Source of the DNA: Nitrospirota bacterium
Lineage (GTDB): Bacteria > Nitrospirota > Nitrospiria > Nitrospirales > Nitrospiraceae
Assembly (NCBI GenBank): GCA_963701855.1
Contig: CAVPBK010000006.1
Coordinates: forward strand, 320,001 to 384,000
Direction of reading: 5' to 3'
DNA length: 64,000 bases
Shown here piece after piece: positions 43,749 to 54,200 of this stretch. The position numbers were made by a program, and so were the translations under genes. The notes below the pieces were generated by a model. It did not search any database. It was not told the DNA's origin and worked only from the letters and a program-made list of their open reading frames with translations. Numbering within the stretch: the first letter of the stretch is position 1; every line of letters begins with the position of its first letter.

Positions 43749-44012
43749 ATGGCCGTAGGAGTCACAATGGCTGGTGAATTCATGCCCTCTCAGATAGCGC
43801 GGGTGGTGGCTGACGCGAAGGATCAAACCGAAATGGCCAATACTCTCAGAGAATTTGGGAAAAGCGTTGTGGCCTTGCGCGACGTGATGGATCAGGACAG
43901 GTCCTTCACTGATATGGAATTACTGTTCATTGAAAACCATTTCCAAGTCATACAGATGGCCTATCTTCGGTGGAAGCGGAAGCATAGGCTCGTACCTAGA
44001 GATCCGGCGTAG
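43749..44012 (+). CDS. Hypothetical protein
   Basis: AGGAG RBS before the second Met; protein-like composition. Confidence 0.5.
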   Translation: MAVGVTMAGEFMPSQIARVVADAKDQTEMANTLREFGKSVVALRDVMDQDRSFTDMELLFIENHFQVIQMAYLRWKRKHRLVPRDPA

Positions 44013-44071
44013 GGAAAATTCGCGGAATCACCTCAAGTATCTCTTTAATCTGTAGCCAGGTAGAGCCACTT

Positions 44072-44308
44072 TCAACCTATGGATTGTTGATCTATCCAGT
44101 TCTTGGCCTTTTCGAGGGCGAAGACATTCGCCTTATATTCGGTGGTGCAGGTTTCGCTCAATTCACCATATATGTGTTGAAGTAATTCTGGGCTGCCCGC
44201 CAGCAACCATGCTAACGCCATAGGTACCCATCGGTCAGCTTCGAGATGTTGCGAACAGGCCTTAATCTGATGATTCTTATATGTCATCCACGTAGGCAAC
44301 TTCAGCAC
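44072..44308 (-). CDS. Hypothetical protein
   Basis: 78-aa ORF ending AKNWID; no recognised motif. Confidence 0.45.
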   Translation of the reverse strand: MLKLPTWMTYKNHQIKACSQHLEADRWVPMALAWLLAGSPELLQHIYGELSETCTTEYKANVFALEKAKNWIDQQSIG

Positions 44309-44353
44309 TCCACTACGGTTCTCAGGAATGCCAGATTAGAACGAGACACATGA

Positions 44354-44773
44354 TCATGGATTTTCAACTTTAAGAATCTTCAGTTTCACGACGAGCCTCT
44401 TCCCGGCGAGCGGATGGTTATAATCCAACACAGCCATGGTGCTCCCTACTTCCGTCACAGTGGCAAGTTCGCCCGCATCATTCCGCAAGGCGTCTCCTGG
44501 TTTCGCCCCAAACGGCAACAACGTTTTGGGGATATTCAGCTTTTTCCTGTCATCATGAGGGCCAAAGCCCTCCCCTGGCCTCAGCTCTACTTTCTTTTCC
44601 TCCCCGGGTTTCATTCCAACTACTTCTCGCTCCAATGCTGGAAAAATCTCGTGCTGACCCTGAATAAACTCAGTGACGTTGCCGTAGTCGATCTCGGTCG
44701 AGCCGGGAGCGCTCGCAACATATTGAAGAGTAACTTGCGAGCCTTCCACGATCTGATCCGACCCAGAATTCAT
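44354..44773 (-). CDS. FKBP-type peptidyl-prolyl isomerase (SlyD-like); upstream leader appears frameshifted
   Basis: VTLQY, GMKPGE and DYNHPLAGK motifs. Confidence 0.85.
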   Translation of the reverse strand: MNSGSDQIVEGSQVTLQYVASAPGSTEIDYGNVTEFIQGQHEIFPALEREVVGMKPGEEKKVELRPGEGFGPHDDRKKLNIPKTLLPFGAKPGDALRNDAGELATVTEVGSTMAVLDYNHPLAGKRLVVKLKILKVENP

Positions 44774-44960
44774 CTTAGTTTGTCGCCCGCTCCGTAGATG
44801 GATCCGGCTCAAACTGGGACGCCATTCCATACCCAGACCGGAACCATGCCGAGGCTAAGAACCACTGCCGCTAGCAAGAATCGGTGCGTGTTTCATGACC
44901 AGTCTCCCTCATCAGTCAGTCTCGATCGATCAACTTCGTCCCGTTCTTACCTATCTCACG

Positions 44961-44976
44961 AGCAAAGGAAATGCCA
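44961..44976 (-). promoter_or_regulatory. Sigma-54 -24/-12 promoter candidate
   Basis: TGGCAT-N5-TTGCT upstream of the SlyD-like gene. Confidence 0.55.
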
Positions 44977-45380
44977 TTTGCTCATATGACAGTTGGGGCT
45001 TATCTTTCAAACAGATATGGACCATAAACTAACGGAGCGGTTGCGTGGCCAATGCGCAGCCCGTCCTAGGATTCAAGGGAACGAGGCTAAGGTCCTGTTT
45101 GTTTAGATCTTTCCACGGCGACAGGTTGTCTACGTCTGGACAGATTGTTCAACAATATACGTACAGGATCAGCTCGACCACGCGACGATTGATTGGACGG
45201 TGTCCACCGATGGACCCTGACTGAAAAAGAAAGCGCCAGGCGCAGTGGACGGCTCGATGGTGCCTTCAGTTTTCAGAGTGGTAGCAATGTGGTAACAGAG
45301 GCGATTATGTTGGACTTGACACGCCAACCAGAGGCCCTCTGGTATTCTTTTGTGCAGAATCATTTCTTCTCGGACCTGAC

Positions 45381-45560
45381 TCACACTGCTGACTTTATAA
45401 TAGCTTGGCTCGCCATCACACTGTTCGGGACGATGATTTCGCGGTTCTCCGAGGTCTTACTAACCGTGTAGCCCAGCGTGAGGCCTTCTATCGTGCCGGT
45501 TTGAAAGCCAACCGGAACCATCAGTTGAACTGGGTCATCGATTTGGAACGGCCCTTGTGT
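45381..45560 (-). pseudogene. MscS mechanosensitive channel fragment
   Basis: PFQIDD.V...G.IE...IIVPNS. Confidence 0.65.
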
Positions 45561-45690
45561 TTGGGTGGTGACAGACGTGTCGATATATTTGTATAGTAAA
45601 TCCCTAGATATGCGCGATGTGCGCACTGTCACCGGTTTCACGACGTACTATCTCAATCAGACATTGTCTGGGGAAAAGGAGTCGAGCACC

Positions 45691-46368
45691 ATGAAACCAC
45701 AAGTGATCGTGGCTGATGACCATCGACTTGTCGCCGAAGGTGTCGTCAAGATCTTGGAGAAGGAATACACTGTAGTCGCGACCCCCACAGACGGACGCGG
45801 CTTCATCGAATCAGTTGAAAAGTTTCGCCCCGCCCTTGCCTTAGTTGATATTTCTCTCCCTCAGTTGAATGGACTGGATGCCTGCCGCCATGTGAAAAAG
45901 TCCTGTCCCGAAGTCAAGATCATCATTCTGACGATGCATTCGGAACAGCATTTTGTGAACGAAGCCTTTCGTGTCGGAGTCGAAGGATACTTGCTCAAAA
46001 CCTCAGTCGCTGATGAGCTCTTGTTTGCTGTGAAGGAAGTGCTGAAGGGATCCACGTACATTTCGCCGGTGATCGCGCAGGGTCTGGTCGATCAGGCCTT
46101 GGAATCGTCGACAGATTCTCAGAGGCGACCGATACCCACCCCGACCGTCACGCTTAGTCTACGACAGAGGGAGGTCTTGCAACTGGTGGCAGAAGGCAAG
46201 TCCAATAAGGAAATCGCGTCCGCGATCAACGTGACGGTGAAAACTATCGAGTTCCACAAGGCCAGAATCTCGAAGGAACTCGGTGTCCGTACCACCGCCG
46301 AACTGACGAAACAAGCCATCTCCCTTGGACTCATCGCCCCACCTGAGACGCCTCAGGCCCCAAGTTAG
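45691..46368 (+). CDS. NarL/FixJ-family response regulator
   Basis: REC (ADDH, D-I-S-L-P) plus LuxR HTH (REVLQLVAEGKSNKEIA...KTIEFH). Confidence 0.93.
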   Translation: MKPQVIVADDHRLVAEGVVKILEKEYTVVATPTDGRGFIESVEKFRPALALVDISLPQLNGLDACRHVKKSCPEVKIIILTMHSEQHFVNEAFRVGVEGYLLKTSVADELLFAVKEVLKGSTYISPVIAQGLVDQALESSTDSQRRPIPTPTVTLSLRQREVLQLVAEGKSNKEIASAINVTVKTIEFHKARISKELGVRTTAELTKQAISLGLIAPPETPQAPS

Positions 46369-46415
46369 CCGAATTGCTTTCTCCGAAAGTCCAGTGACCA
46401 GGATCGGATGGAGCA

Positions 46416-47057
46416 TTAGAGCTTGGTCAGCCCCTGTGCCAATGCAAATTTGGTGAGATCGGAAGCGGTCTTCAGACCCAGTTTTTTCACGAGTCCCGCC
46501 TTGTGAAACTCGACTGTCTTCACAGAGATGCCCATCGCTGTGGCAATGGTCTTCGCCGAAAGACCATTGGCAAACATCCGCAAGACCTCCTGCTGCCGCG
46601 GCGTCAATTGGATGTTGTATCCTTCGGGACGGATCCACGGATGCTCGATCGATTCTCGCACGTCCGCCGCGACTTCGGCAGAGACGTACCGGCGATCACT
46701 CATCACGGTACGGATGGCGGTCATGAGCTCGGTCGAAGCGGATTGTTTGAGCACATACCCATTTGCCCCCTTCTTGAACCCTTCGCTGACATAGAAGGGT
46801 TCGCTGAGCATCGTCACGAGAATAATTTTTACACGGGGGAGTTTCCCTTTGAGCAATTGGATGAGATCAAACCCGTTCATGTCGGGCAATGAGACATCCA
46901 ATAGCACAACGTCCGGAGCCGCCCTTTGAGCCTTCTCCAGAAGTTCCGTCCCGTTATGGGCTGTCCCGACAATCACTGTGTCGTTGGCGAGTAACTGTCG
47001 GAACCCTTCCAACACTAAGGAATGATCGTCGGCAATGAACACTCGCGGTTGATACAT
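46416..47057 (-). CDS. NarL/FixJ-family response regulator
   Basis: REC plus LuxR HTH (KTVEFHK); convergent with its paralogue. Confidence 0.93.
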   Translation of the reverse strand: MYQPRVFIADDHSLVLEGFRQLLANDTVIVGTAHNGTELLEKAQRAAPDVVLLDVSLPDMNGFDLIQLLKGKLPRVKIILVTMLSEPFYVSEGFKKGANGYVLKQSASTELMTAIRTVMSDRRYVSAEVAADVRESIEHPWIRPEGYNIQLTPRQQEVLRMFANGLSAKTIATAMGISVKTVEFHKAGLVKKLGLKTASDLTKFALAQGLTKL

Positions 47058-47534
47058 ATCTGCTCCGGAGATCAATCTATGTCGCTGCGTCCGAGACGTC
47101 CAACGACCACCAGCATGGCACCGTCCCAGCGTCCAGATGTTATCACATCGCCAGATCTCACAACCTATGGATTACCCCAGTTCAAAGGGAGTCGATCGAA
47201 CGAAATGTAACATTCTAGACAACAAAGTAGATTCTTCCCCTAATGCGAGAGCCTGCGCGACAGGTCCGAGCACCTTCAACGTAAAATCCCTTCTCAGCGT
47301 AGTCCCACTACATCTCGCTTGTGAGAAGACCCTCAACCCAGCAAAAAAGAAGCACATGCGCAAGGTAAGCCCCCTAATCAAGAAATGACATTGCTCTCGG
47401 CCTCTCCGCCGCCCACTTTGTGGAGTGCCACATCTTCACAACTCTGGCAAGTTCTCCCTTTCGTCTTTACGTACAGTTTTTCTTCGACTCGCTGACGGGC
47501 GACCACGTTTCTCGAAGGCCTCTGTCCTAAGAGT

Positions 47535-47948
47535 ATGGATAGAATTCCGAATCGCAACTCGGGTTACTTTCGCATCGGGTTCGTTGTTTCTGCCTGTAAC
47601 ACAACAAAAGCCACGGTCGATACGTTCGCCAAATTCACCTCGAGCACCAGCCCGGAGGAATGGATCAATGGTGACGGCGTCATAACCGACAGCCAAAAGG
47701 CCCGGCTGTTTACTGCAGTCGCGTTTGAGAATCTGGAGCAGGACATTGCACGTGGGAATGGAGAATATCTCACATCGTTAGCCGTGTTGATGAAGGTTCC
47801 TCCCGGGGAACAGGACAAGTTTAGGACGCACACCCAGAGCAACTATCCTCTCCTCTTCGCTCCTGACCGGCGGACGACGGAAAGCATGCTGGGCATGCTG
47901 ACCAGTATGAGGCAAGACCTCCGAGGTGAGAGTCAACGAGTGGAATGA
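47535..47948 (+). CDS. DUF3015-like protein
   Basis: FENLEQDIARGNGEYLTSLA motif; N-terminus may be damaged. Confidence 0.65.
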   Translation: MDRIPNRNSGYFRIGFVVSACNTTKATVDTFAKFTSSTSPEEWINGDGVITDSQKARLFTAVAFENLEQDIARGNGEYLTSLAVLMKVPPGEQDKFRTHTQSNYPLLFAPDRRTTESMLGMLTSMRQDLRGESQRVE

Positions 47949-48587
47949 GACAACATTCGCAAACCCACGTTGGCCGCGGTGGCGTTCTAGGGGTTGATAG
48001 TGAAGAACCTGCGAGGCGGTCGTGCCGGAGTCCCCAATGACTCGGGTAAATCCCAGTGGTGGGGATGGCTGACCCATGCGATCCTTCGGATCAGACGTGG
48101 GCTGAGAAAACACTATCTTGTACGAGGGGGGCGCCATGCCGATAGTTCTCTGGTTATTTGGGCTTCCCGTCACTCTCGCTCTGGTGATGTGGTTGGTTGA
48201 GATTGTGCAATTTTGAGTCCGAGTGAGACAGGCTTGTGCAATGCCCGCGTTCCCTTCTTGCCGATCGGTAGAATGACGCGGGAGATAGGGTTCCCAACGT
48301 GGTTGGGAAAAGGAGGTGCCATTATGACCTGCCGAGTGGCTCGCTTGTCCCCAGACCTCCCCCTCATAAGAATGGATCTGGTCTTCTGCTGTGAAGGCTC
48401 ATCGGATCTGGCGGTGTGCTACCCCTCGAAAAACCTGGGGCCACATTCGTGCCCAACTTGCACCCAGTTCAAGGTCGAGTACGAAATATGGGAGAAAATC
48501 AGGGCGGGATTGTCGATGGAGGGAGCAGCCTGTCGCCTGACTTGGCTGTGATGCACCCAAGTGAACTTCAAGAATGAGCGATAAAAA

Positions 48588-48818
48588 ATGGAAAGAGGAA
48601 CCATGCTTTGTCATCGCTGCCGCGGACTGCTAGTGTATGAACGCTTCAGTGATCTGAGAGAGGAAGCAGGCGGCATGTCCCCAGCAGCACGATGCATCAA
48701 TTGTGGATATATCGAAGACTCCGTGGTTCGTTTCAATCGCCTTCACCCTCCTGCGGCGAAACGGCCGATCCCTCGTAGGATGGTCAGGAATGTCGCGCTC
48801 CTAAGACCTCAATCCTGA
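48588..48818 (+). CDS. Small Zn-ribbon protein
   Basis: CHRCRG...RCINCG..ED.V..FNR. Confidence 0.7.
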   Translation: MERGTMLCHRCRGLLVYERFSDLREEAGGMSPAARCINCGYIEDSVVRFNRLHPPAAKRPIPRRMVRNVALLRPQS

Positions 48819-49134
48819 CGGTATCGCTTCATATGAGCTGAAGGTCCTACGGCGGTTGTGCCCCACCGCTTGATACCCTGCGGTTCCTCATGGAGGGCAT
48901 TGCCTCCTTCGATTTGATCCTGCGCATCGACCTCGTGAGTCCTCGGTTGCCCTCACGGTCTGAAGGCAAGAGGCTCTCTTCCAAATAATGTGAGCCCGGT
49001 CAGTTCTGATCAGTGCAGAGAAGATTACCTCCCCGCAAGCATAGTGACCGTCATGCTACGAGAGGCGCTCTCGAAACCGCATCGAGTCTTCTGGCCTCAT
49101 CCGACTCGGCCTGGGCCATCAGGGATGGTATGGG

Positions 49135-49866
49135 CTAGGAGGTTAAAACAACATCGAGGAGGGATCGGTGCACATGCAGACTCGCGTTGTATTTGTTGTA
49201 TTTAATGAACCCGCGTTTTTTGAACCGATTCATAAAGAAACTCACGCGTGACCGCGTCGTCCCGACCATTCCGGCCAGCGTTCCCTGACTGATCTTGGGA
49301 ATGATCTGTACTGGGGCATCTTCTCTCTCAAAGTGGGCCAACAACAACAGCGTTCGCGCCAGCCGTTTCTCGGCAGAATTAACGAGTTGATCGACCAAGT
49401 CCTCTTGGGTGCGTACGGTACGGGTCACGAGATGAGACAGAAACAGCTCGGAGAACGTCGGCTCCTTGTGGAGGACGCGGATCATGGTGGCCCTGTCGAT
49501 GCGTACGACCGTGGAGGCATCCACAACAGTAGCCGTCGCCATACATATGCGCGGCTCGGCGAGACAGGCTTCACCGAAAAAATCTCCGTTCCCCAGCATT
49601 GCGACAATGGCTTCTTTGCCTTCGGTGGACACAACCGTAAGCTTGACCCAGCCCTCCACGAGATAGAACACGGCATTGGCCTCACCCCCTTGCGCAAAAA
49701 GAATCTGATCTCTCTGGCATCGCAGCGTCGTTCTGCCGTCGCCGGCTTGCGTGAGAAAGGTCGCGGGGTTGAATGGTGTCCCTCGTGTGGATTCCCCTAC
49801 TATCCCTCCAAGTGGTCTCAATATCGCAGTGTGAGATCCCGCCGATAGCAATAAGTCGTGGGCCAT
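49135..49866 (-). CDS. Crp/Fnr-family transcriptional regulator
   Basis: GDFFGE cNMP domain, EKRLAR, HTH GTTRSRVS. Confidence 0.92.
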   Translation of the reverse strand: MAHDLLLSAGSHTAILRPLGGIVGESTRGTPFNPATFLTQAGDGRTTLRCQRDQILFAQGGEANAVFYLVEGWVKLTVVSTEGKEAIVAMLGNGDFFGEACLAEPRICMATATVVDASTVVRIDRATMIRVLHKEPTFSELFLSHLVTRTVRTQEDLVDQLVNSAEKRLARTLLLLAHFEREDAPVQIIPKISQGTLAGMVGTTRSRVSFFMNRFKKRGFIKYNKYNASLHVHRSLLDVVLTS

Positions 49867-49967
49867 GACAGAGACTCCTTTCAACAGTAGAACATTGTGA
49901 CATGCGCACGCGAGCGTCCGAACCACATAAGCTCGTGCGATTCGCAGATGATCAGGTAGCTAATCGA

Positions 49968-50204
49968 TCATGCCGCGGTGACCAACGTGGCTTCGGAATG
50001 AAATAGGGCACGGTTTCGGAGAATCGTCTCGTCCACGATGTCGCCGCACTGAAGGCAACGGAGCGCCCAAAAGGTGCAATACCCCGTGTCACTCTCAAGA
50101 TCGATACACATTTCATGCTCCAGGCACCCGCTGCAACGCGTGCAGCTCAGCTGAGTATACAGCCTCGTGGGCGCCCCCGCTGTCTTAGATAGCATCGTGT
50201 TCAT
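49968..50204 (-). CDS. Small Zn-ribbon protein
   Basis: CTRCSG...RCLQCGDIVD..I..NR; homologous to 48588-48818; AGGAGG RBS. Confidence 0.7.
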   Translation of the reverse strand: MNTMLSKTAGAPTRLYTQLSCTRCSGCLEHEMCIDLESDTGYCTFWALRCLQCGDIVDETILRNRALFHSEATLVTAA

Positions 50205-51206
50205 GGGACCCTCCTCTCGGTGGTTTCGTTGATAATGAATTGCTTGCGCCTACACTGCACATGCGCATACTACTATCGTGAGCCGAGCTGTCGCCCTGGC
50301 TACCTCCCTAGTTTGACCAGTCAATTGCCCTGGCGCTCTTGGGTCTGTACATGGGAAGAGTCGGTCGTGACGGTATGCCTGGGAGCGAGGATCGGAGACC
50401 GACACAACCGAGGACATGGAACCAGAGAAGGTCGAAAGATCATAGCTGAGGGACATCGATGATCCCTGCTAGATCACTAGGGAAGTGCTGAGTTCTTGGA
50501 GTTCATCGCCAAAGAAGGCGTAGGGATAGTGGCGGAAGGGTCGTCGCCCATTCCCTATCCCGGTACTCCCCTTGAGGCGCAATCGCTGAGACTGCTACAG
50601 TAGGCTGGCCAGATAATCATCAGCAATCTGAAGAGGTGACGCCACACCCAATGCAAGTCATCTAACATTCCAATGCTTTACAACGCTAAGAGACCGCGGT
50701 TGATGGAAAAGGTGTGAGCTGCAGATTTAAGTATCGATATAATCTTCGTTTAACTAGGGATTCTCCTAGGGGGAGGACGGCTATTGTACACATATACTCA
50801 CCGCGCGCTGCCCACCTAGGGTGTTGGCCGCCGAGCATGTTACCTGGATCTCATGCGGACATATGACGGGTAGATCGTAGCGTTCATTCATAACCATCAG
50901 AGAGGGGATGATCGTGGGAAAGGCCGACCGTCCTTCTGTGAAATCGAATGAGGTGAATTCGTTACAGCCATCCCTGGCTGACCTTCTCAGTATTTTTACC
51001 CTCGCTCTCCTACCCTCCCTCAGGATCGCTCAGTGGATCGGGTATGCTTTGCCTCTCCGGTATGTGTCCAGCTTCTCACTTAAACCCGCTATCTCCCGTA
51101 CCTTCGTCGCGCTCGCACGCACTGGATTGATCACGGGTGTGGCGTTTTCGCCCATGCTTCGCCATCAGACATCTTCTTCAACTCTCCTCCTGAAACGAGG
51201 AACAAT

Positions 51207-54200
51207 ATGAACGAAACATCGATTCTCCCATCCCGCAAGAAGCAGCCGTCCGAGGCCGTACTGGGCAATGGTAAGCCCGGCAGGCAGAAAACGAGGCACA
51301 TTCTGTCGAAGGATTCCTCCGAGGCTCATTCGCGGCTGATTCTCGCAACGATTGTCGCGTTTCGCGATGGGGATTTCTCGGTGCGGTTACCTGCGGGTTG
51401 GACAGGGATGGATGCGCAGATTGCGGAGGCATTCAATCAGACGATCGCGCAAAAGGAGCACATTCTGAAGGAGGTCACGCGGTTGAGCGCGACAGTGGGC
51501 AAGGAGGGACGGCTGAGGGAACGCATGTCGCTGCCGGGAGCGGTCGGCGCATGGGCGACGGAGGTGGATTCCATCAATACACTCATTGACGATCTCGTGC
51601 GGCCCACGACAGAAATCGCGCGAACCATCGGCGCAGTGGCCAAGGGCGACCTCGATCGGTCGATGGAACTGGAGGTGGACGGGCGCTTGCTGAAGGGTGA
51701 GTTCCTGCGCTCAGCGAAGCTTGTGAATACCATGATCGATCAGCTTTCGGTCTTCACGTCTGAAGTCACCCGTGTGGCGCGCGAAGTCGGCACCGAGGGC
51801 AAGCTCGGCGGCCAGGCGCGGGTCAAGGGTGTGTCCGGAGTGTGGAAGGAACTCACCGACTCGGTAAACCAGATGGCAGGCAACCTGACCGCCCAGGTGC
51901 GCAACATCGCCGACGTGACCATCGCAGTGGCGAATGGCGATTTGTCCAAGAAGATTACCGTCGATGTGCGCGGTGAGATTTTGCAGCTCAAGGAGGCCAT
52001 CAACACGATGGTGGATCAGCTCCGCTCCTTCGCGTCGGAGGTGACGCGCGTGGCGCGCGAGGTCGGCACCGACGGTCGTCTCGGCGGGCAGGCGGTGGTG
52101 CCCGGGGTGGCCGGCACCTGGAAGGATCTCACAGACTCGGTCAATGCCATGGCAACCAATCTCACCGCGCAGGTGCGCAACATCGCGACGGTAACTACTG
52201 CAGTGGCACGCGGCGATCTTTCGCGGAAGATCACTGTCGATGTGAAAGGCGAGATTCTTGAGCTGAAAGAAACTATCAACACGATGGTCGAGCAGCTCCG
52301 TTCCTTTGCCTCCGAGGTCACGCGTGTGGCACGCGAGGTCGGCACCGAGGGCAAGCTCGGCGGCCAGGCCCAAGTGCCTGGCGTGGCCGGTACCTGGAAA
52401 GATCTCACCGATAACGTCAACTCCATGGCCAATAACCTCACCGGCCAGGTCCGCAACATCGCCGACGTGGCCACGGCCATCGCCAAGGGCGATCTCTCCT
52501 CGAAAATTACCGTCGAGGTGAAGGGCGAAATCCTTGAGTTAAAGAACACCATTAATACGATGGTGGACCAGCTCAACGCCTTTGCTTCCGAGGTCACGCG
52601 TGTGGCGCGCGAGGTCGGCACCGAGGGAAAACTCGGCGGCCAAGCCCAAGTGGGCGGCGTGGGCGGTACCTGGAAGGACCTCACCGACAATGTCAACTTC
52701 ATGGCCTCCAATCTCACCGGCCAGGTCCGCAACATCGCCGACGTGGCCACGGCCATCGCCAAGGGCGATCTCTCCTCGAAAATTACCGTCGAGGTGAAGG
52801 GCGAAATCCTCACCTTGAAAAACACGCTCAACACGATGGTGGACCAGCTCAACGCCTTCGCCGGCGAGGTCAGCCGCGTGGCGCGCGAGGTCGGCACCGA
52901 CGGCAAGCTCGGCGGCCAGGCGCAAGTGCCCGGCGTGGCCGGCACCTGGAAGGATCTCACCGATAACGTCAACTCCATGGCCAACAACCTCACCGGCCAG
53001 GTCCGCAACATCGCCGACGTAACCACCGCTGTGGCACGCGGTGACTTGAGCCGCAAGATCACCGTCGATGTACGTGGTGAAATTCTCGAGTTGAAGGAAA
53101 CCATCAACACAATGGTGGATCAGCTTCGTTCATTCGCCGGTGAGGTCAGCCGCGTGGCGCGCGAAGTCGGCACCGACGGCAAGCTCGGCGGCCAGGCGCA
53201 AGTGCCCGGCGTAGCCGGCACCTGGAAGGATCTCACCGATAACGTCAACTCCATGGCCAATAACCTCACCGGCCAGGTCCGCAACATCGCCGACGTGGCC
53301 ACAGCCATCGCCAAGGGCGATCTCTCTTCGAAGATCACCGTCGAGGTGAAAGGCGAAATCCTCACCTTGAAAAACACGCTCAACACGATGGTGGACCAGC
53401 TCAACGCCTTCGCCGGCGAGGTCAGCCGCGTGGCGCGCGAGGTCGGCACCGAAGGCAAGCTCGGCGGCCAGGCGCAAGTGCCCGGCGTGGCCGGCACCTG
53501 GAAGGATCTCACCGATAACGTCAACTCCATGGCCAACAACCTCACCGGCCAGGTCCGCAATATCGCCGACGTGACCACCGCTGTGGCACGCGGTGACTTG
53601 AGCCGCAAGATCACCGTCGAGGTGAAGGGCGAAATCCTCGAGTTGAAGAACACCATCAATACGATGGTTGATCAACTCAACGGCTTCGCTTCCGAGGTCA
53701 CGCGCGTGGCGCGCGAGGTCGGCACCGAGGGCAAGCTCGGCGGCCAGGCGCAAGTGCCCGGCGTGGCCGGCACTTGGAAGGATCTCACCGATAACGTCAA
53801 CTCCATGGCCAATAACCTGACCAGCCAGGTCCGCAACATCGCCGACGTGGCGACCGCCGTAGCCAATGGCGATCTTTCCCGCAAGATCACCGTCGATGTG
53901 CGCGGTGAGATTTTGCAACTCAAAGAAACCATCAACACGATGGTCGAACAGCTCAACTCCTTCGCCGGCGAGGTCAGCCGCGTGGCGCGCGAAGTCGGCA
54001 CCGAGGGCAAGCTCGGCGGCCAGGCCTTGGTCAAAGGCGTGGGCGGCACCTGGAAGGATCTCACCGATAACGTCAACTCCATGGCCAATAACCTCACCGG
54101 CCAGGTCCGCAACATCGCCGAGGTGACCATCGCCGTGGCCAACGGCGATCTTTCCCGCAAGATCACCGTCGATGTACGCGGCGAAATTTTGCAACTCAAG

